Source: Camelus dromedarius (Eukaryota). From it: DNA of 64,000 nt. Made by a program: the position numbers and the translations under genes. Of the stretch, positions 35,311-47,143 are shown one piece after another. The first letter of the stretch is position 1, and the number at the start of each line of letters is the position of its first letter. Location of the stretch: contig NC_087436.1 of the NCBI RefSeq assembly GCF_036321535.1, positions 87,918,001 to 87,982,000 of the forward strand, written 5' to 3'. The notes beneath the pieces are model-generated. The model was not told the DNA's origin. It did no database searches and was given only the letters and a program-made list of their open reading frames with translations.

Positions 35311-38300
35311 CATGGACTGACATGGAAAGATGTCCATGAAATCCTGCAAAGACAAAAAAAGTAGGTTGCAAAACACATACCAGATGATTTCTTTTTTCTT
35401 TTTCTTTTTTTTAACACAAAATTAAATGACATTAAAAGAAGAAAAACAGTTCTGGGGAAATGTGTATGAAACTGTTAGGAGTAGTTATCTCAAAAAAAAA
35501 AAAAAAGAGGTAGCGGTGGAATTTCTCGTTGGAGAAGGGTACACAGAGGATTTTGACGTTATGATCAATTTCCTTATGTTAAAAAAAAGTTTTGGATATT
35601 GAGCATATATTTAAGTATCACTGAAAACCAGAATTCTGTTCAGTGAAAAATTGGAAATAACATAAGTATCCCACAACAGGGGGCTAATGAATTAAATTAT
35701 GACTCATCCAAACCACAAAGATTATTAAAAATCATGTTTCTAGTTAATAAAGAATAGCACAGTAAAATAGCCATTATTTTACAAGTGAAGAATGTGGCAT
35801 GCACAGTAGGATCACAGTATCCTACTTGGAATAGTGGAGATTTTCACAGAGGGACGTCAGCATCAGGCAGCCACCTAACTCATGTAACTTTCAGCAAGTT
35901 AATCTCTCTGAACTGATTGTTCCTCTGAAAGGTAGAAGAGACTCATAGTACCTGCCTCACAAGGTTGTTGTGAAGAATAAATTAGATAATTCATAGAAAG
36001 CCTCTGGCATGGACAAACACTCCATAAAGGTTATACATATGCATTAGGAAAAGATATTTTTAAAAAACCACCAAAATTCTAATAGTTGTGTTTTTGGGTG
36101 GTGAGACTACTGATAAATTTTATTTTCTTGTATATACTTTCTATATTTTAAAAATTATAATAATAAAATGAGATTAGTTTCTCCTGTTACCTATAAAATC
36201 CAATAATGACAGAAGAAATGATTGGCAACAATATTCAGTATCTCTGGAAGATTTAGAACAGTTTCCCATTTAGAAGGTAAGTTTATAACTCCACTACCAG
36301 ATTTGTCTCCAAGTAAAAATACATGGGAAAGGGGAAATCCCGGGAAAGTTCTCAGTCAAAAGGGAACATTTGAAGGAAGTAATAATAATATCTTGTATTT
36401 GTGTAGCACTTTTTACAAAGCATCTTTACAAATACTATTGAATCTTCAGAAAAGCTCAAATAGGTATTGTTATTTCCACTTTACAAACAAGAAGTTGAGG
36501 CTCAAAAAGATTGAATGACGAAAATAACAGAATTTGCAAATAACCAACCTGGGACTTGAATTCAGGCCTTTTATGTTAAAAAAAAAAAAAAAAGATGACA
36601 AAGGAAAAAGGACATAGCATTGGTGTTATTTCAGAATCTGGAGAACCTTTTCCTAGAAGTTGCCCGTGATAAAAATATTAAATATTTTTTCCTGTGATTC
36701 ATTCTGAAAAATCTTTTTGCCTCTTGGGGAAATTCCACAGCCTTATTTTCATCTTTTAAGAGTATTTTATTTTTGCTGTTGTCTGGTTTTTAGTGGACAA
36801 AAATTTTTAGATGACTACTTGTGTAGTTCTTAACAAAAATAATCTAATTTCAGAAAAAAATTGAATAAGGCACATAGCTCTAGAGATTTTTAGTGGGAGT
36901 CTATTTGTGTTGGGGGGTGGGTGAAGGGGAAGGTTGAGGTAAAATGAGGAACACTTACTGACCAAAACTAACTAAAATGTTTACAGTCTAAACATAAAGA
37001 AGTTGAGAAACTGAAAGATAATCAGTCTATATGGAGAGGAAGATGACATGTGGATTTATAAAAATAGGTAGGAGCCTTGAATAAATCTGGGCAGAAATAG
37101 TGTGTTTGTCCTAAAGGCAGGGCAAGAAGCCTGCCACTCACACAAAGACCAGCAAAGGCCATTAAAGGGAGTTTTAGGAAGGGAGTGACATTGTCAGAAT
37201 GGCAACAGAGGAAGTTGATTTTGGCAGCAGCTTTGGGAAAAGACTTGGGGAGGAAAAAAATCTGGAGAAGAGGCTTTTCTCAAGGGGAGTGATGACTATA
37301 CAACATACATAGGTGAAGCTGTAAAAATGGAAATGTTCGAGCACACTGTTTTAAACTTTTATGGAACCTTTTTAGTTCAAGTCCTTTTAACCAAATCTTG
37401 TTTTTCATCAGTCTCTCTACTATACTTTTAGGTTTAGCTTTCATTAAGACCTACTCAAAATCATTATAACGACAGTGTATTTTAAATTTTGACTGTCTGC
37501 TCTGACCACCTGCATTAATCTTGTGTTGCGTCCCAACAAGACTCAGGCATGTTGAATCAGTTGTGAAGCCCAACCATCTGGGCATTCCAAACTCCAATAG
37601 TAAGCATTAACACCTTGGACTTGATTTTTAAAACAAAACGCCCATTGTTTCAAACATCACTCTGTGTCATTAATTTCTGTTGAGGTGTTGGGGTAGGGGT
37701 GAAAGCTTGTTACTCAGGCTCTTTTAATAGCTTTTGGCTTGTTGAGACATGAGTTTCATTTCTTTGAACTCTAGTCCTCCTTTCATTTATCCAAAACAGT
37801 TCATTGTTGGATAAACACCTGAAGTTTTCTCTTGTTGTTGTTGTTGGGTTTTTTTCCCAAAACTGTTCCTAATTTATGTAGCACTAGCTGCTTTGTATTT
37901 TTAAACTATATCCAGACAAATGGTAAATGTTAATATGTGGTTGAAGTCTGCTGGGAAGTAAGGTTACAACTGTCAAAGAGAAAGTAATATACATTAAACA
38001 GTTATTATTTTCATATATGCTAAATTTCTTATTGTGGAATTTAAGGAGTTTGATGAACATCAGTTATGAGCTTTTTTTCCTTAGTGCCTTGATTTAAGTC
38101 CTTTGGGAGAGAGCCATTCCATCACATCAGCTTTCATTGGTATGATCTAGGATAGGCCAATGTCATTCCTAGACAGATGCTTTTTCCTCTCAGTCCTGGA
38201 GGATTCATAAGATAGGCAGGCTATAGTAGAACTGATTAGGTCATTGATTGATATGCCTGGGAGCCAAAGCATATGCCTTTGGACACTGAAGGAAGAAATT

Positions 38301-38349
38301 ATCCAAGGGAAATACTATCATGGTTATATGCCTTAGAGAACTTCTTACC

Positions 38350-40252
38350 ACATCACTATATCACCTCTCAAAATCTTGATTTCCAGCATTCCATGCTCAT
38401 CTGATCAATCATCTCTAAACTTTCTGTCTACTGCCACTACCATCCCTAATCAACCCTTCTGGAGTAGCCAATCTAGTGACCTACCACTTCTTTACTGTCT
38501 ATTCTTCCTCTTGTGTTATTGTCTTTTTTGTTTTTGTGGCCTATGTAACCAGTCACTCCATTGCATACACCTACAACTGCCTTGCCCCTCTCACTTTCCA
38601 TCTTACTCACTAGAAAAACCCAGCCCTGTCTTATACTGAGTTCTTTATCTGCTTCACATCAGCGCTGAGCAGTTGAACATGGCTAGAGAGCAGTATGCAA
38701 CCATGTTGACTGCTCTTACTTCAAAAAATCTTTACCCATAAATTTCAAGTCAGCCTTACCCTCTTTAGTAGTCTTGCTACGTTTCCCTGGTCATTTCCAC
38801 TTTCCTCGAAAATTACTTCATAGCTTCCCCTCTATCTTCAAACACCCACTTCTTAGTCTTAAATAATGAGCACTCTTCTCATTTGACTGAGAAAATAGAA
38901 GGAATGGGAAGAAAGCCACCTCATTTTTCCCTTCATTAAATCTATGTCTGCCAGCATCTGCACCTATGTACCTTGCCTTCCATTCTGTTATCCTGCATAA
39001 CCATCTGAAGCCAACATTTCCACATGCACACCTAATCCTGTGCTTCTGACCCATCAACACTTTCATTCTAACAATGGCTCCTCTCTCTCTTGGATCCATG
39101 ATTTTTCCTTCTCGTCTTGATCATTTCCATCACCATGCAAACAGGATATAAATTCTCTCTAGTGTCCTTTTCTCTCTCAGCTAATATCACATTTTCTTAC
39201 TCCTTTCTATTGCAGTAGTCCATTCCAAATTGTCTATTATTAATGTCTCCACTTTGTCACCTCATATTTTCAACTCAGCTCACTCCATTTCCAGCATTTA
39301 CACTTGTCAAGATCAGATGATAACCTCTAACTTGTCAAATCCAGGGGTCATGTCTCAGTTCTTATCTTGCTTGGCCTCTTAATAGCATTTGAATTGGTGA
39401 TCATCCTCTCCTTAAATATTTCTTCACTTGGCTTTCAGATCACATCTTCTTCCTGCCTCTCCTGCTTCACTGACCACTGCTTCTAAGACTGGTAAATATT
39501 GGAGTTTATCACGGCTCAGTCATTGGCCTTTTCTTTATTTATGCTTATTTATGCCCATTTCCTAGATCCTTTAGTCCTATGGCCTTAAGTACGCTCTATA
39601 CACTGAAGCCTCCCAGTTTATCTCTCCAGTCCTAACCCTGAGCTCCAGACTCGTATCCCAGCTCCTCCTTGATAATTCCCCTTGCATGACTTGCATGGTG
39701 ACTCATTATCTCCAACTTCAACTCTTGGTTTCCTTCCCCAGACCTGCTCCTTTCCATGTGTTCCCCTTCTCAGTATTTGGCACTCAACTATCACCCCACT
39801 GATCTGAGGATCATCCTAGACTCCTTTCTAAATTCCCTTATAGTCAATTCATCAGCATATACTGTCAGCTCTATCATCATAATACATCCAGGATTCACTG
39901 AAATCTCACCACCTCCATTATGACCACTCAAGTCTAAGTTAACATAGTCTCTCTTCCAGTCTTTTGCAGTATTCCTCTAACAAGTCTCTCTGGTTCAATT
40001 CTTGCCCTCACAAAACTCATTCTTTACATAGAATCCAGAAAAATCAGATAGTGTCACTCATCAGAGTAAAGCCCTACAATGGTTTCCCATTGTGTTTAGA
40101 ATACAAACCCAGTCTTTACCCATGTTTACAAGGCCCTAATGACCTGGCCCACCTCTCTGACCTCACCTGTGTTTCTCCCTCTCCTTCACTCCGATTTAGC
40201 AACTTGGACTTCCTCCTTTTCTTTGAATGTGCCAAGCTTGTTCCTGCCATGG
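38350..40252 (+). mobile_element. L2 fragment
   Basis: Pyrimidine-rich L2 body (CTTGTCAAATCCAGGGGTCA; CCTGAGCTCCAGACTCGTATCCCAGCT; GCCAAGCTTGTTCCTGCC); boundaries approximate. Confidence 0.75.
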
Positions 40253-41532
40253 GGGAAAGTACAGCTTATAGAGAATCTTGCTTCTAGGATAGACAAAAAT
40301 TTAGCAGTGTTGTGGTTAATTAAATGTGTTAGGGCTCAGATGGATCTATCAGTTGAATCCAATTGCATTTACAATCTTATATATGTTTGTGGATTGATTG
40401 TTGATGAGGCAGTGAACCCCATGGACATGTCAGAAAGTTTATAATCATTTGCTACTTTGGCTGTTGCAGAGGCTAGCTGCTCTTCAGCCAAGACTGCCTT
40501 GATTCGAGTTATTTATGTCACAATGTACTTCTTTTTATCCAGTGGGATGTGAGATGGAAGGCATTGCTTTCATGATTAATATATCAATAAGCCCTCATGA
40601 AATCTACCTCTGGGTTATTTTTGAATAAGAATCTTCTTTTCTACGTCCTCTTTCTTCATTTCTTCTGTGGGAAAAGGCCTACACGTCTCTTTTCCACTTT
40701 CTTCTTCTCTTTTCCCTTCATTCTCATTCTCCTCTCAAAATCTGTTAGAAATTTTACTTGCCTCAGAGTCTAAGCTAGTCTACACTCCAAGGAGCCTGAG
40801 GGCAAAGACAGCACCCATGTTATTTGCTAGCACATTGCTTGGCACATAATTGGTGTTAATAATTGTGGAATGCATGGACGAATGGAAAATAGAAATTGCT
40901 CAATTTGCAGACAGGAACCTAGCATTTTGTTGTTGTTGTTGTTGTTAGAGTCTAATAGAGGAAAAGCCCTGATCTTTGTAGAATTCAAAATGTTTCATGT
41001 GGTAAGAAAAGGATTGTCATGACAGAAAGGCCAGCAATGGTCCCTTAAGAAATTTCCTAAGAGCATGAATTACGAGAATGGTGAGATTTACAACCATTGT
41101 AGCCATCATAGTTGAGGGGCTCAGCCTTAGCCTTATAGGCTCTAAAAACCAAAGTTGTCAACATGCTAGGAGTAAATCCATTTCTTAGGCCTGAACTAAC
41201 ATTACCCAAGCTCATAATAATGATGGAAGAACCAGAATGTCAGTTTATTAGTTTATGATGAGAACTATAATCATCATAAGAATTGGAATATATGAAGTCT
41301 GTATAATCAGTACATGCCTGCAGACAGACCCTCATAAGAAGCTGCACCAAATAAGGTTACTTGGTGAACAGGGGTTGGAGACGCATTGCAACATAGTGAT
41401 TAAGACTCAGACAGACTTGACTTCAGATCCTGAGTCTGACATTGACTAGCTCTGTGACCTTGGGCAAGTTACTTAAGCTCTGAACACCTTAATTTCCTCA
41501 TCTGTAAAATGGGGATAATAATGGTTCCTACC

Positions 41533-42122
41533 TGTAGAAGATGTCTTTTGGGATGTCTTCACAGGTCACACTGGTTTACTCCCTATGAGAATAGCCACTT
41601 TCCTTCCCTCCCTCCCTCCTTCCATGACTGTGGGCCTCTCGTATCCATGCTTTATAGTGTGGTCCTATGCCACTGCCCAGAAGGAAATGAACAAGGGATG
41701 GGCTTCTTATTTAGGTGTGGCTAATCAGATTGTTTCTGTCAGGAACTTGCAGTTTAGACCCAGAGATCCTATCCAGATTGGTCTATTTTCTTGAAGGAAG
41801 TGATGTAAACATGGGACAGGAGGCCCTACTGCAGAGTAATAATGCCCGTCCTGTGCTATCAGAGCTAGTTGAGGCTGTCCTGCAGAGAAAGGGAGAGGGG
41901 AATGAAGCAGACTTGCCTAGAGAAGAAGAAACTGGGGCCGTGGGCACCAGAGGGAGAGCCCGGGGACAGTGCCTGCCAGCTCCCTTTTCCAGGTCCTTCA
42001 GAAGCTCAGTGGCTTTACCGTTTCTGGAGACAGCTCTGTGTTCTCGCATAAATCACCTCTTCTTGTTCAAGTTAGTTAGGGTGGGTTTCTGCCATTTGCA
42101 GCAAAAAACCTTGACCAGTACA
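41533..42122 (+). mobile_element. MLT1K/L-like LTR nested in a MIR (MIR about 41390-41532 and 42123-42195)
   Basis: TG...CA ends; 3' ATAAATCACCTCTTCTTGTTCAAGTTAGTTAGGGTGGGTTTCTGCCATTTGCAGC; upstream MIR core GTGACCTTGGGCAAGTTACTTAA...TTTCCTCATCTGTAAAATGGGGATAATA. Confidence 0.75.
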
Positions 42123-44435
42123 GCACTCCACAGTATTTTTAAGAAGTCAGTAAGTTGACATGTAGAGCACATGTAATAATAGTGTTCCTGCCACTGGGAT
42201 TGACAGATTGACTCCTTCAATCATGGCATTCTCCCTTCATAAGGGTTTGGATGAAGGCTGCCCAGTTTACTGTGATTCTCCTAATTTTTTTTTTATTTTT
42301 GAATTATTTTTAATGCACAGAAAGAATGTCCCAGAAACAACAAGTATTATTCATGACAAAGCACTGTATAAAGAAACCCCCTCCCCATTTAGTAAATAGG
42401 AATGTAGTGTAAATAGATGCGAAAGGAGGTGAATGCTTTAGGATTAAATGCCAACTCTAAAGTTATATACAACATTTATAAATGGCTTATTATCCCACAG
42501 CAATATTATTGTCATAATGATGTATATGACATTTATACTTATGGGTAAGATGCTCTTGACTCAAAACTTAAACGTGCAGAAGAGGTAGTTTATCAACGCA
42601 AGGCTTTGCTTTGGTTTTTTTCCTCAAAAGTCTACAACCATTTCTTTGGATCACCACCCCCATTCTGATGGACCCTTTTTAGATATAATGGGGCATTTAT
42701 CCTCTTCAGACAAGTCTTGTAGGGTTGGGAGCCATTCTCTCTATGATGACTTTGGAATTCTCTCTGAATCATTGGGTGTTGGTTTTCCAGTGAACTCCAA
42801 GATGACCTTTAGACTCCTCTCATTTCCAGATTCCTTAAGGACACTTCAGTGTAGTCTCCAAACACTGACAATAGTCTGTGGCCCACTTGACTTGTCTGTT
42901 CGTGGGTTTTGAATAAGCTGAGAGGTCTTAACCACTCTGTTGTCTGTCTTATTTTCATCCTCTTCAGATTCATCTGTAGGTTTCCTAGGGCAATTCAGAG
43001 GGGCTGCAGTCCGGCTTCTCTAGCTCAGCTGTTGTCAATGCCGTCATGATTAAATACTCCTCTCCTGATTCCTCGGTTAACCTTCTTGGACCCTGCTCTT
43101 CTGAAAGCTTTCTCTGTGATGTAGGCAAGGGCAGTGAAGGAATCTGGGGGAATAGCAATATAGACCAATTTGATCCAAAGACTAAGGATTAGTGGGAGAT
43201 GGTGCTAGAAAAATAGAAAAATAGGTTGGGGACTATAATGGAATTGCTGTTAAAAACAACCACTTGGATTCCTTGAGGCTGGCGGGGTCTCGATGTCAGG
43301 AAAGAAATGAACGTGAAGGCCAGATGCTGTCTCTCACCATCACTCAACAATAACTGCTGACTCCATTATGCTAGCCAGGAAGACCTCTCCCATGAGCACT
43401 GCCACTTCAGACGCTATCACCACCATTTTTACTGCTTTTGCTGAGGGTTCTTCAGTTACAAGATCTCCAAAGTGAAGGACACTTTTGATATCAGTGCCAT
43501 TTTGGAGACCAGAACAAATTGTTTTCTTACATGAAAATTACCAGGCTGGCCTCGTACAGACTGAAAATGTTCACATAACAAGACTTCTATAAATAGATGC
43601 AAAATACTAAATTGTGTTGAGTGGGATTTCATAACAGCCATCAGATGGTTTGTAAAGCTTGTCTTATGGAGAATGTGACCTGCCAAAGTACTGACATATG
43701 AAAAGTGGAGGATTTTCCTGAAGGGAAAAAAATCCACACAGATAAAGTTGTACATTGCTTCACTGATTGAGTAAAAGGAAACATAATTCAGTAAAGGTAA
43801 GATGTCTCTTTGAAGGACAATTTGTTCAGTTATTATAGACTTCTTTCTATGTTAAAAGAGTAATTTACTAAAATAAGATTTTATTTTTTTCAGTTGTTTT
43901 GTAAAACTATTCACTGTGTTGGTACTTTTATTATATGTAGAAAATGAACATTTTCTGGGGTGGTAAACATCCTGAAAACAATGACAAATCAATTGCATAT
44001 TGTTTTGCTACTTGCATTTGAGCCTCTGCTTCTCTATTACCACATTATCAGGGTGACTACTACATTACTAACCTGCTTGTCCTTTACATAATTAATAATT
44101 AGTCTAATCTATGCCAGTTATCAATACACTAACATTCAGGCTAAATTTATACTTGCAGAAAAACAATAAAACATTAATGCTTTTATTCAGATACTTTTTC
44201 AAAAAAAAAAGACAACTGTGGCAAACCTATTTTTAAATGTATCAGTGAGATTGACCAAATCCCCTGTTTCATTTTGCTGTAGATGACCTCACAGGAATAT
44301 GTATTCATGTATCTTTGTGTTTTACTATTGGCTAGCAGGATTACTATGTCTATATATCTTTATGTGTTTTTTGCAGTATCTAAGAACCACCTGGAAAATA
44401 GGCAAGTAAAGCTAAATTCAGGAGATAAACATTGG

Positions 44436-44525
44436 GCCTATGGCCATGCCACCCTGAACGAGCCCAATCTTGTCAGATTTCAGAAGCTAAGCAGGGTCGG
44501 GCCTGGTTAGTAGTTGGATGGGAGA
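44436..44525 (+). pseudogene. 5S rRNA retropseudogene, nt 1-90, 3'-truncated, no poly(A) tail
   Basis: GCCTATGGCCATGCCACCCTGAACGAGCCCAATCTTGTCAGATTTCAGAAGCTAAGCAGGGTCGGGCCTGGTTAGTAGTTGGATGGGAGA gives 80/90 identity to the recalled mammalian 5S rRNA; 13-bp TSD AGATAAACATTGG / AGATAAGCCTTGG. Confidence 0.93.
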
Positions 44526-45687
44526 AGATAAGCCTTGGAAAATATAATGGAGTAGGCCTGAACCTATAGGGCCTTGGTTCCACAGAACCTATTTTTTTCA
44601 TGTCTTTCTGCCTCCTCTTTTCTCCTCACTCTTACCTGAGAGTTTACCTAATAGTACCTTTCATTCTTTTTTTTTTTTTTTTTTAAATAAATCAGGTAAT
44701 GCTTCCAGCATTTTGCTATTTCCAGAATGGCAAATTGTGGTATGTTTACCAAAATCTTCTTCCTTTACCTTGGAAAAAGTAATCAGCTTTAGTTTTTAAT
44801 TAGATTTAAAGGCAGAATGGAGGAGGGTATGGTGGGAATTTATAATGGAATCTAAAATCCTACCCATATTGTTTTTCCTGAACTTTTGATGTACCTAGTT
44901 ACAGGGCAAAAAATAGTTGAACTTCACTAAGAAAATGATGATGTAACTGGAAAAAATGGGTCCCACTGGATTCATCCAAAAGAGATATCTTTCTTTTTCC
45001 CAAATGCTGGCAAAAAGTGATATAGCAACTTAAGAAAAAGTGATTATTGTCTCAAATGCTGGCATCAGAATTCTTAGAATTTCAAACTTTCTTTTGGAAA
45101 AACACCTCAAGAAGTGATTGAGATCCTGAGGTCTTGGGTTTCATTCGGCTGGTGACAAAGCTTTAGAGAGGAGTCAAAACTGCTTTGGGAATTTGCTGGC
45201 TAGGAGGAGAGAAATTCTTGGCTACTGAGAGGAGGGAAAAGGGCGTTTTAAGAGGGTTATCATGACCCAGGGATTATGGCAGAGGGCAGATCATTTCAGC
45301 CACTGGTGGTAGGTGGCTGAAAGGACTCTACAGAAGAGAGTATAATAAAATACTACTTTGAAATATTTTCGAGTCTGTGTCTGATGGGACTGTTCACTCC
45401 CAGCTCTCCAGTGAAATTTATCACTGTCACAATGTTTCCAAACGGTGTTGGTTTTCTTGGTATTGGAAGAGCTTGGAAGTGAGTCTTCAAGGCGAAAGAA
45501 TGAGCCTGGAGGCAAAGGTGATAACGTAATCCTCCATCTCACACCTCTGCCCTGGTAATTCATAAAGCCCTTGGGAAGGCTTTTTGATGAGTTAAAGGCG
45601 TTCAGGCTGATTTCTAAATCTTAAGAGGCCAGGTATCTCCAAATGACATATTGGTTATATGGGGGGGAACGTGTTTGTTTCTTTAGT

Positions 45688-45800
45688 ATAGGCTTGAGAG
45701 ATAAAATACCGGATGCCTAGTTGGATTTGAATTTTAGATAAAGAAGTTTTGTTTATTTGTTTTAGTTAAGGTATGTACCAGACATTGCACTGCATATATT
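45688..45800. mobile_element. MER53-like MITE half
   Basis: ATAGGCTTGAGAGATAAAATACCGGATGCCTAGTTGGATTTGAATTTTAGATAAA resembles one arm of MER53. Confidence 0.6.
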
Positions 45801-46199
45801 TTTGTAGCAATGAGTATTCTCACAAGGGCTTCCACGGATACCCAAGGCAGTCACCTCGTTGAATTTGGGTCTCATTCCCAGTAAGCAATGCAACCTCTTA
45901 GGGAAGAGACTAGAGTCTAAGCCAAGGTTATGATCCCATAAAACACACCTTTATTTCTTTCTGCCCCTTCTTTCCTCCTCATTCTAACCTTTCTCCTGCA
46001 ATTCCTTCCCATGATTCTGTAAACCAGAGGCAACCGGGGCAGCAGCAAGGGGATAATTGATAGGCAGCCTGTAGTTAAGTCATAAAGAAAAGGTAATAAT
46101 GTCCACTTATGGGGTTGTTATGAAATTCGATTTATTAATTCATGTAAGGTTTTGAGAACATACTGGCATAGGTAAAATATTCATGTCTCGTTCTAGGGC

Positions 46200-46800
46200 C
46201 TTGAGTCTAGGGCCTGGAAGCCTTTGACCATCACAGTCACCACGATTTCCCCTCCCCTAATGTAATCTCCACAGTATAGCTAGTGGTCTTTTAAAAGTGC
46301 AAATCTGACCATGCCATAGCTTTGACTTAAAGCCTTCAAGGTTTTCTAGGTCTGAATGATGACCTCCTATGCCCTGCATGCTTTTACCTATTTCTCCAAT
46401 TTAACTCTTTGTCTCTCTTCCTTTTACTTTGTATTTTCCAGGCACACAGATTTTTCAGTGCCATCAAGGTGCCCTACATGCTGTGCCTTCTGCCTGAAAT
46501 AGTTTCTTTTTCCCCATCCCCCAACTACACCATGTCAAGTCATACTCATTTTCAGTCCTTGTCAAAAGTAAAGCCTTCTCTGACCTCCTAGTCCAGATTA
46601 CAAGTCATAGCTTGAAGCACCCTGGACTTTTCATTCATGACCACTAATTACAGTTTCTGATTATATATTTGTGTGATTCTTATATCATAAGCTCCATGAG
46701 GACAGGGACCATGTCTATCTTGTTAGCCATGATAATCCCCAGGCCTAACATAGTACCTGACACATACCAGGTACTTTACAATATTTTTAATGAATTAGGT
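46200..46800 (+). mobile_element. L2 3' fragment
   Basis: ATAAGCTCCATGAGGACAGGGACCATGTCT...CCTAACATAGTACCTGACACAT...AATATTTTTAATGAAT, the L2 3' terminus. Confidence 0.7.
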
Positions 46801-46811
46801 TTATGTTAGAT

Positions 46812-47143
46812 CAGGCGTCAGCACTACTGCCCACAGGCAGATCTATCCCACTGTCTCTTTTTGCATGGCCTGCAAGCCAAGAATGTTTTTTATATTTTGA
46901 AATGGTTGGGAAAAAATAAAAAGAAGAATGATATATCTTGACACATAAAGATAAATAAATTCCATTTCAGCGTCCATAAATAAATTTTTATTGAAACATA
47001 GCCCTTCATATTCATGTATGTATTCTCTGTGGCCACTTTTGTGCTGCTGCAACACAGTTGAGTAGTTGTGACAGAGCCCATACTGCCCGTAAAGCCAAAA
47101 ATATTTACTATCTGGCCCTTAATGGAAAAAGTTTGCCGACCCT
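46812..47143 (-). mobile_element. MER58B-like MITE
   Basis: Ends CAGGCGTCAGCA ... AAGTTTGCCGACCC; internal AAAATATTTACTATCTGGCCC. Confidence 0.8.

Noticed and set aside
37765..37817. CLSNNELFWINERRTR on the minus strand as helix 3 of the putative fossil homeodomain
   Set aside because: It needs two codon deletions to fit the consensus and lies about 500 nt beyond the L2 edge; too weak without an outgroup alignment.
43470..43540. FSCKKTICSGLQNGTDIKSVLH as an extra finger
   Set aside because: C-x4-C-x13-H spacing is off and the conserved F and L are missing; not counted.
44436..44525. Functional 5S rRNA gene
   Set aside because: Missing the last 30 nt or so, shows CpG-type decay, single copy with TSD.
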